From Clostridia bacterium (GTDB lineage Bacteria > Bacillota > Clostridia > CAKSNL01 > HGM11501): DNA of 64,000 nucleotides. The stretch lies in assembly GCA_045545475.1 (NCBI GenBank), contig JAZQAZ010000002.1, positions 35,071 to 99,070 of the forward strand, in the 5' to 3' direction. Under the pieces are notes generated by a model. The model saw nothing but the letters and a program-made list of their open reading frames with translations, was not told the DNA's origin and searched no databases. Shown one piece after another: positions 56,134 to 64,000 of this stretch (position 1 is its first letter; each line of letters starts with the position of its first letter). Made by a program: the position numbers and the translations under genes.

Positions 56134-56202
56134 TTGAACCCGCACGCCATCGCTGGCAATGGATTTTGAGTCCACCTCGTCTGCCAATTCCAACACACCG
56201 GC
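56116..56202 (-). tRNA. tRNA-Leu (anticodon CAA), type II with a long variable arm and an encoded CCA
   Basis: The minus-strand sequence is gccggtgtgttggaattggcagacgaggtggaCTCAAAAtccattgccagcgatggcgtgcgggttcaagtcccgccaccggcacca. The acceptor stem is gccggtg/caccggc, the T-arm is gcggg-ttcaagt-cccgc and the anticodon loop is CT-CAA-AA. Confidence 0.92.
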
Positions 56203-56227
56203 GTTCGATAAATTATTATACAACATA

Positions 56228-56259
56228 AAAGGAAAAAAAGCAAGCACTTTTTTTCCTTT
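56228..56259 (-). terminator. AT-rich hairpin terminator candidate after tmcAL
   Basis: aaaggaaaaaaag-caagca-ctttttttccttt. The stem is weak and mostly A-T. Confidence 0.45.
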
Positions 56260-56266
56260 TTATAAA

Positions 56267-58477
<2,211 letters not shown>

Positions 58478-58480
58478 AAT

Positions 58481-58618
58481 TTCAACAAAGAAATTTTATT
58501 TCGAAATTCGTCCGTTCGTGAAAAAATACGAACAGTATTTTAGAACGGATGAACAGAAATACAAAAAACGCAAACAGCGGTTTTTGTATTCAACAAAGAA
58601 ATTTTATTTCGAAATTCG
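58481..58618 (+). repeat. 30-nt perfect direct repeat (two copies, 108 nt apart) in the pta-ackA spacer
   Basis: ttcaacaaagaaattttatttcgaaattcg occurs at 58481-58510 and 58589-58618. Confidence 0.9.
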
Positions 58619-58710
58619 GCGGAGCGTAAAAACGCAAACAAGCGTTTTTCGGCCTAATAAAAAATAAATTAAGTGAAATAATAAACTAAATATAAGAAAG
58701 GAAGATTTTA

Positions 58711-59919
58711 ATGAAAATCTTAGTTATCAACGCAGGAAGCTCCTCAATCAAGTATCAGCTTATCGATATGACGAATGAAACACTTCTTGCAAAGGGACAG
58801 TGCGACAGAATCGGCATTGAAGGTGCTAACTTCAAACATGTAAACGTGGCAAAGGACTATACTCATAAGACTGTTGTTGATATAGCAAACCACGGCGAAG
58901 GCATCAAGCTTATCATTGATGCTCTTACAAACCCCGAGTATGGCGTAATTTCAGCTATGAGCGAAATCAACGCAGTAGGACACAGAGTTGTTCACGGCGG
59001 CGAGAAGTTCTCCGGTTCCGTTATCATCAATGACGAAATCATCGAAGCACTTAAGGAGTGTTCTGAACTCAGCCCCCTCCACAATCCTGCAAACCTTACA
59101 GGTATAAAGGCTTGTACAGAAATTATGGGAGAAAACGTTCCCCAGGTTGGTGTATTTGATACAGGCTTCCATCAGACAATGCCTGACTTTGCATATCTTT
59201 ATGCAATTCCTTATGAATACTATGAAAAGTATAAGCTTCGTCGCTACGGCTTCCACGGCACAAGCCATCGTTATGTAACAGCTCGTGCTGCGGAGATGCT
59301 CGGCAAGAAGCCTGAAGAAATCAACATCGTAACCTGCCTCCTTGGTAACGGTTCTTCCATCACAGCTGTAAAGGGCGGTAAGTCCTTTGATACAACAATG
59401 GGTGTTACACCTCTTGACGGTCTTATGATGGGCACACGTTCAGGTTCCATCGACCCCGCTATCATTCCTTTCCTTATGGAAAAAGAAGGTCTTACAGCGA
59501 AGGATGTAGACGCTATTCTTAATAAGAAGTCCGGTATCCTTGGTATATCTCAGACAACAAGCGACAACCGTGACATCGAAGAAGGCGCAAGAAACGGCAA
59601 TGAGCGTTATAAGCTTATCGAAAGCATGCTCTGCCACCAGATTACAAAGTATGTTGGCGGTTATGCTGCAGCAATGGGCGGAGTTGACGCTATCGTATTT
59701 ACAGGCGCTATCGGCGAAAACAATCCCCAGTACCGGACAAGAGTTGGTAAGAACCTTGAATTCATGGGCGTAAAGGTTGATGAGGAAGCAAATAAGAAGG
59801 CATTCAGAACTTCTGACGAAAATGACATTTCCGCAGAAGGTGCAACTGTTAAGATGCTTGTTATCCCCACAAACGAAGAGCTTATGATCGCAAGAGATAC
59901 TTACGAGCTTGTAAAATAA
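58711..59919 (+). CDS. ackA: Acetate kinase
   Basis: MKILVINAGSSSIKYQL, GHRVVHGG, HNPANL, GFHGTSH and IVFTGAIGEN. Confidence 0.95.
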   Translation: MKILVINAGSSSIKYQLIDMTNETLLAKGQCDRIGIEGANFKHVNVAKDYTHKTVVDIANHGEGIKLIIDALTNPEYGVISAMSEINAVGHRVVHGGEKFSGSVIINDEIIEALKECSELSPLHNPANLTGIKACTEIMGENVPQVGVFDTGFHQTMPDFAYLYAIPYEYYEKYKLRRYGFHGTSHRYVTARAAEMLGKKPEEINIVTCLLGNGSSITAVKGGKSFDTTMGVTPLDGLMMGTRSGSIDPAIIPFLMEKEGLTAKDVDAILNKKSGILGISQTTSDNRDIEEGARNGNERYKLIESMLCHQITKYVGGYAAAMGGVDAIVFTGAIGENNPQYRTRVGKNLEFMGVKVDEEANKKAFRTSDENDISAEGATVKMLVIPTNEELMIARDTYELVK

Positions 59920-59929
59920 GTTTTAATAA

Positions 59930-59962
59930 AAAATCCTGAAAGCATTTGCTTTCAGGATTTTT
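59930..59962. terminator. Hairpin terminator between convergent ackA and ung
   Basis: aatcctgaaagc-attt-gctttcaggatt with flanking A and T runs. Confidence 0.85.
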
Positions 59963-60637
59963 CTATATATTCTTTATCTGCCAATCAATCGGCGACTTAA
60001 CCAGCGAAATTAATGTTTCGTTTGCCTTGGAAAAGTGTTTACATCCCATAAAGCCACGGGTGGCGGATAAGGGAGAAGGATGTGCCGCCGTAAAGATGTA
60101 GTGCTTGTTTTTATCAATAAGCTCCGACTTTGAAATGGCGTGCCGTCCCCAGAGAAGGAAGATTATAGGATCGTCCCTTTCTGAAAGTGCGGAAATAACA
60201 CGGTCGGTGAAAATTTCCCAGCCCATACCCTTATGGCTCATCGGCTCGCCTTCACGAACGGTCAGTAAGGTGTTTAAGAGTAGCACGCCCTGCTTTGCCC
60301 AGTCAACCAGGTATCCGTTATTTGGAATATAGCAACCGAGGTCGTCACGAAGCTCCTTATAGATATTGACAAGCGACGGGGGAGCGGGAATGCCGGGGCG
60401 TACCGAAAAGCACATTCCGTGAGCCTGACCGACTTCGTGATAGGGGTCCTGACCGATGATTACGATTTTTACATCCTTATACGCTGTGGTCTTTAATGCG
60501 GAGAAAATATCGTGCATATCGGGATAAACCGGTCCCTTTGCATATTCTTCTTTTAAAAACTGACGGAGCTTAAGATAATATTCCTTATTAAATTCATTTC
60601 CTATAATATTATCCCAGTCGTTACCTAGCTTTACCAT
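59963..60637 (-). CDS. ung: Uracil-DNA glycosylase
   Basis: VIIGQDPYH (catalytic water-activating loop), GVLLLN and HPSPLSA. The start is trimmed to MVKLGND with RBS aaagga. The ORF-track extension runs into an intergenic repeat. Confidence 0.9.
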   Translation of the reverse strand: MVKLGNDWDNIIGNEFNKEYYLKLRQFLKEEYAKGPVYPDMHDIFSALKTTAYKDVKIVIIGQDPYHEVGQAHGMCFSVRPGIPAPPSLVNIYKELRDDLGCYIPNNGYLVDWAKQGVLLLNTLLTVREGEPMSHKGMGWEIFTDRVISALSERDDPIIFLLWGRHAISKSELIDKNKHYIFTAAHPSPLSATRGFMGCKHFSKANETLISLVKSPIDWQIKNI

Positions 60638-60696
60638 AAAAACATTCCTTTCATACGGATAGTGGGAGGATTTGATTGTCATTACAACTTTTGCAT

Positions 60697-60773
60697 GTCA
60701 TTCTGAACGCAGTGAAGAATCTCTCGAATTTCACAATGGATTCTTCGCATCGCTATGCTCTGCTCAGAATGAC
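60697..60773. repeat. Palindromic intergenic repeat element, same family as 25164-25265
   Basis: The arm gtcattctgaacgcagtgaagaatctc (60697-60723) faces ggattcttcgcatcgctatgctctgctcagaatgac (about 60739-60773). Confidence 0.8.
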
Positions 60774-60810
60774 AGAGAAAAACAGGGAGAACTTTGCCCG
60801 TAGGTGTAGT

Positions 60811-60841
60811 AAAAAATGCGGGTGCAAAGCACCCGCATTTT
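60811..60841 (-). terminator. Rho-independent terminator after rpsU
   Basis: aaaatgcgggtgc-aaa-gcacccgcatttt, with the A6 run on the plus strand giving the T-run in minus sense. Confidence 0.8.
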
Positions 60842-60896
60842 AATTATCGTCTTTTTGTGAAACCCGCTTCTTCGTTAATGCGAAGGATAAAAGCCC

Positions 60897-61073
60897 TTAC
60901 ATGAACTTTCTCTTGCGAGCTGCCTCTGATTTCTTTTTACGCTTAACACTGGGTTTTTCGTAATGTTCTCTCTTTCTTACCTCGGAAATAACGCCTGCCT
61001 TAGCACAAGAACGCTTAAAACGACGAAGAGCACTGTCTAATGATTCATTTTCTTTAACTCTGATTTCTGCCAT
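60897..61073 (-). CDS. rpsU: 30S ribosomal protein S21 (58 aa, below the ORF-track length cutoff)
   Basis: My own translation is [61 protein letters not shown]: gagggaggg. Confidence 0.9.
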   Translation of the reverse strand: MAEIRVKENESLDSALRRFKRSCAKAGVISEVRKREHYEKPSVKRKKKSEAARKRKFM

Positions 61074-61159
61074 TGTAAATATCCCTCCCTCCGCAATTGC
61101 AATTGGCGAAACAAGTTTCGCCCCGATATAATGTGCGGGATTCTAAAAGTGATAAAGAG

Positions 61160-61188
61160 ATTATACCCCATATTTTATAATAAGTCAA
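61160..61188 (-). promoter_or_regulatory. Sigma-70-type promoter candidate for rpsU
   Basis: In minus sense: TTGACT (61188-61183), 17 nt, TATAAT (61165-61160). Confidence 0.55.
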
Positions 61189-62714
61189 GTTTTTTTCGAG
61201 AAAAATATTATTTTTTTATTTTTGAAAAGGAAAAGCAGAAAGAAAAGATAAATAACTACTCCTGAAAAAACTGAAATAAAGATAGAGACAACGGGGTTCA
61301 GGAAAGTGCATAGTGTATTATAAAGGCGGGACGCAGCAAAGAAGGCAACATAAGAAGGAACAAGAGGCAGGAAAATATTTCCGGCAAAGTCTTTATCTTT
61401 CGGAATGACAGAGAAAACCGAAGCGACCGTTGGGATAAAAAGAAAAATATTGGAAAGAATATATGAAGCGATATAGCCTGATATTCCGAAAAAAGGGATA
61501 AGTATAACTGTTAGTAATAGCTGAAGTGCGTTTCCCATAAATGAATAAAAGGAGGCTTTTTTGGCCTGGGATGCTGCGTTTAATATTGAAGTGAATATGT
61601 GCCTGAAGGTGGCAAGGATGGCCCCCATGGACATAAGCGGCAGAAAAAGTGCAACTCTTGAATCGGAAAATATGTGCTCGGCTATGGCACGGGAGAAGGC
61701 TGCAAGACAAAAAAATGCCGGAAAAGAAAAAAACGCAGTAACCGCAAGAACCTTGCTGATTTTTCGTTTTAAGGCAGATGTATTGCCTGCGGCAAGATTT
61801 GCCGAAACAAACGGAACCAGATTTACTGAAATAGCATTGGTGAAAACAGCAGGTAAAAATAAAAGCGGCATCACCATGCCTGATATAACGCCGAGTATTT
61901 CTGTGGCTTCGTTTCTGGAAAAACCGTACATGGTAAGCATCGCCGGAATTAAAATGTTTGATGCGGATACTAAAAATGTTTCTGCGGTCTTTGAGCAGGT
62001 TACGGGAACGGCAGTATCCAGCAGGGAGGGAAAGCATTTCTTGATTGGAAGCCTTTTTATACCTTTTGTAACACGGCGGTATGAAAAAAATAAAATTATG
62101 AGACTTAATGCTTCGCCTGCAAAAATTCCAAAGGTAAGTACTGCGGATGAACGTGTTATATCATTCTTGGCATAAAACAGAATAAGACATACTACCGTAG
62201 TTATTCTGAAAAGCTGTTCTGCAATTTCCGTAAAGGCAGGGATTTTAACAAATCCGTCTGCGTAAAAAGCCGATTTATATATGTTTTCAAAACCGGTTAT
62301 TAAAACCGCAAAGGCAAGTATTATTATGGAAGGAAAGCTTCTTTTGTCGCCCAGGATACCTGATAGCAGGGGAGCTGAAAAGATAAGTGAAATGAAAAGA
62401 ACAAGCGAAACAATTAAAACCAAAATGAGCGATGATACGGTATAGGCTTTCGCACCTTCCTTATCCTTTTTTGCTATGCATTCCGAGACAGCTTTCATGG
62501 AAGATACCGGAAAGCCTGATGCCACAATGGCACAACATACGGAATAAATCGGGGAGACGAGTGCAAAAAGTCCAAGTCCCTCGGCTCCGATAAAACGGCT
62601 TAAAAATATACGGTACAGAAAGCCTGTAAATCTTGTTACGATATTAGCCGAAGTCATGAATATGGTGTTATAAGTGAATGATTTTTTCTTCAAGTTTTTA
62701 CTCGGTCCTTTCAT
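61185..62714 (-). CDS. MOP-superfamily polysaccharide/lipid II flippase (SpoVB/MurJ-like)
   Basis: About 14 TM helices over 509 aa. The N-terminus IVTRFTGFLYRIFLSRFIGAEGLGLF is typical of SpoVB/MurJ-type proteins. No clear RBS is visible. Confidence 0.6.
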   Translation of the reverse strand: MKGPSKNLKKKSFTYNTIFMTSANIVTRFTGFLYRIFLSRFIGAEGLGLFALVSPIYSVCCAIVASGFPVSSMKAVSECIAKKDKEGAKAYTVSSLILVLIVSLVLFISLIFSAPLLSGILGDKRSFPSIIILAFAVLITGFENIYKSAFYADGFVKIPAFTEIAEQLFRITTVVCLILFYAKNDITRSSAVLTFGIFAGEALSLIILFFSYRRVTKGIKRLPIKKCFPSLLDTAVPVTCSKTAETFLVSASNILIPAMLTMYGFSRNEATEILGVISGMVMPLLFLPAVFTNAISVNLVPFVSANLAAGNTSALKRKISKVLAVTAFFSFPAFFCLAAFSRAIAEHIFSDSRVALFLPLMSMGAILATFRHIFTSILNAASQAKKASFYSFMGNALQLLLTVILIPFFGISGYIASYILSNIFLFIPTVASVFSVIPKDKDFAGNIFLPLVPSYVAFFAASRLYNTLCTFLNPVVSIFISVFSGVVIYLFFLLFLFKNKKIIFFSKKT

Positions 62715-62821
62715 TAAAGAAGTTTTTTAAAATATTATAATGAAAAAATTGACTTTGCTGTAAATTTGTGATAAAATATTTTTGTTATGTCCTATTTATA
62801 CGGGAAAGGAAGTTTTTTGAA

Positions 62822-63223
62822 ATGATTAAAAGAATTCTGTCAGTATCTCTTCTTGTTGTTATGGTGCTGTCTTTATTTACTTTTGCAGGATGTACAAATA
62901 AAGAAAAACCTATATTCGGTGAGGTTGCCATTATAGGGCCTGATGGAGAAAAACTTCTGGATTCGGAGATTTATGTTTCAAAACATAATGCTACGGCAGC
63001 GGACGCAGTTATAATGGCTTGCTCTGAAATGAAATTTGCATATACTTATGAAAACGGAATGTTCGATAATTTCGACGGACTTGCTTCAACGATGGAAGAA
63101 GGCTGGCTGTTTTATTCTGATTATGAGCTTTCAGAGGTTGGGGCAGGGGAATTTTTGCTGGAAGATTATTTTATTATAGAGTTCCGTTATGTGAATTATG
63201 ACGAAAGTTTCAACCTTGAATAA
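62822..63223 (+). CDS. Lipoprotein, possibly DUF4430 (transcobalamin-like fold)
   Basis: Lipobox LFTFAGC. The start is trimmed to MIKRIL with RBS aaaggaag. The domain call rests on size and on the EEGWLFY..ELSEVGAGEF pattern only. Confidence 0.45.
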   Translation: MIKRILSVSLLVVMVLSLFTFAGCTNKEKPIFGEVAIIGPDGEKLLDSEIYVSKHNATAADAVIMACSEMKFAYTYENGMFDNFDGLASTMEEGWLFYSDYELSEVGAGEFLLEDYFIIEFRYVNYDESFNLE

Positions 63224-63240
63224 AACCCTAAAAAAAACTC

Positions 63241-63269
63241 TTGACATTGTCGGGAAAAGATGCTAAAAT
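63241..63269 (+). promoter_or_regulatory. Sigma-70-type promoter (extended -10) for the L7Ae-rpsL operon
   Basis: TTGACA (63241-63246), 17 nt, TAAAAT (63264-63269) with TG at 63261-63262. Confidence 0.6.
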
Positions 63270-63308
63270 GCATAATTGTATGGGTATGTTTAGAAAAAGG
63301 TGATATAA

Positions 63309-63548
63309 ATGCTGGGTGAATTGCAGACTCAGGATAAGACCGTCGGGTTAAAGCAATCCATTAAGAAAATAAGAAGCGGTGAAGCTAAAAAAGTATTTAT
63401 CGCTCTTGACGCCGCACCGGGGTTGATTGATGAAATAAGCTCTGCGTGCAGTGAACGAAATATTCCGATAGTAGAAGTATCGGAGATGAAAGAACTTGGC
63501 AGAGCCGCAGGAATTGATGTTGGCGCTGCTGTTGTTGCTGTTTATTAA
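63309..63548 (+). CDS. Ribosomal L7Ae-family protein (YbxF/RplGB-like)
   Basis: 79 aa. Motifs GLKQSIKKIRSGEAKKVFIALDA and IPIVEVSEMKELGRAAGIDVGAAVVAV. It sits immediately upstream of rpsL, as in Bacillus. Confidence 0.75.
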   Translation: MLGELQTQDKTVGLKQSIKKIRSGEAKKVFIALDAAPGLIDEISSACSERNIPIVEVSEMKELGRAAGIDVGAAVVAVY

Positions 63549-63597
63549 TAGGCTTGCCTGTTAATATATAAAATTTTATTCAGGAGGTGAACGATTA

Positions 63598-64000
63598 ATG
63601 CCTACATTTAACCAGTTAGTCAGAACAGGCAGATCCACAAAGGTTACGAAGTCTACTGCTCCTGCGCTCCAGAAGGGTTTTGACTCTCTTAAGAACAAGG
63701 CTACAGACCAGAGCTCTCCCCAGAAGAGAGGCGTATGTACCTATGTTAAGACAAAGACCCCTAAGAAGCCTAACTCAGCTCTTCGTAAAATTGCCAGAGT
63801 AAGACTTACTAACGGTACAGAGGTAACAAGCTACATCCCCGGCGAAGGTCATAACCTTCAGGAGCACAGCGTTGTTCTTATCAGGGGCGGAAGGGTACGT
63901 GACCTTCCCGGTGTACGTTACCACATTATCAGAGGTGCACTTGATGCTTCCGGCGTTGCAAACAGAATGCAGTCCAGAAGTAAGTACGGTGCGAAAAAAG
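63598..64000 (+). CDS. rpsL: 30S ribosomal protein S12, 3'-truncated by the window edge
   Basis: My own translation is [92 protein letters not shown] aggagg at 63582. Confidence 0.95.
   Translation, partial: MPTFNQLVRTGRSTKVTKSTAPALQKGFDSLKNKATDQSSPQKRGVCTYVKTKTPKKPNSALRKIARVRLTNGTEVTSYIPGEGHNLQEHSVVLIRGGRVRDLPGVRYHIIRGALDASGVANRMQSRSKYGAKK

Noticed and set aside
55472-56243. ORFs of 63, 86, 71 and 60 aa inside the tRNA-linked repeat array and across the tRNA gene.
   Set aside because: They have no RBS. Their repeated peptide (WRDAYCFAICLAHRPNCR.IRYPISPLFAKNDN) merely reflects the DNA repeat. Two of them read straight through the tRNA-Leu gene.
61393-62175. 214-aa minus-strand (alternate frame) and 204-aa plus-strand ORFs inside the SpoVB/MurJ-like gene.
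   Set aside because: The 509-aa frame gives a regular 14-TM flippase pattern. The alternates are Arg/Cys/Ser-rich frame-shift shadows.

Overview
This is a chromosomal segment from a low-GC, spore-forming Firmicute (class Clostridia). The assignment rests on spoVAC/spoVAD, a SpoVB-like flippase, clpE, tmcAL, a type-A RNase P RNA and many proteins carrying the 'copper amine oxidase N-terminal-like' stalk domain. I call about 60 protein genes. They comprise a secreted discoidin-repeat/putative glycoside-hydrolase trio (1-7321), a galacturonate/glucuronate module (esterase, uxaB-uxaA-uxaC, two AraC regulators, a GH4 enzyme), and a vitamin block (pdxK, a short MocR/PdxR-like regulator, TPP riboswitch plus thiT). 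They also include fadD, a BspA-type LRR surface protein, an unassigned glycosidase-like protein, lrp-alr, a GH36 alpha-galactosidase, comFC, cpsB, spoVAD-spoVAC, clpE, rnpB and capD. An 11-gene co-directional string runs 41878-55371. It holds an asymmetric ABC exporter pair, a tandem-duplicated methyltransferase, a degenerate PP2C-like membrane protein, a DASS transporter, htrA, a HemZ-like radical SAM enzyme, an acidic-repeat protein, a FtsX/MacB-type transporter and a stalk protein. Beyond it lie tRNA-Leu(CAA), tmcAL, pta, ackA, ung, rpsU (absent from the ORF track), L7Ae and the start of rpsL. No CRISPR array, integrase, transposase or recognisable defence gene is present. The most unusual signal is a three-unit tandem array (about 207 bp per unit) next to tRNA-Leu. 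Each unit re-copies the tRNA 3' end plus its terminator and carries a structured ~140-nt module. All protein identifications come from motif recognition by eye, not from database searches.
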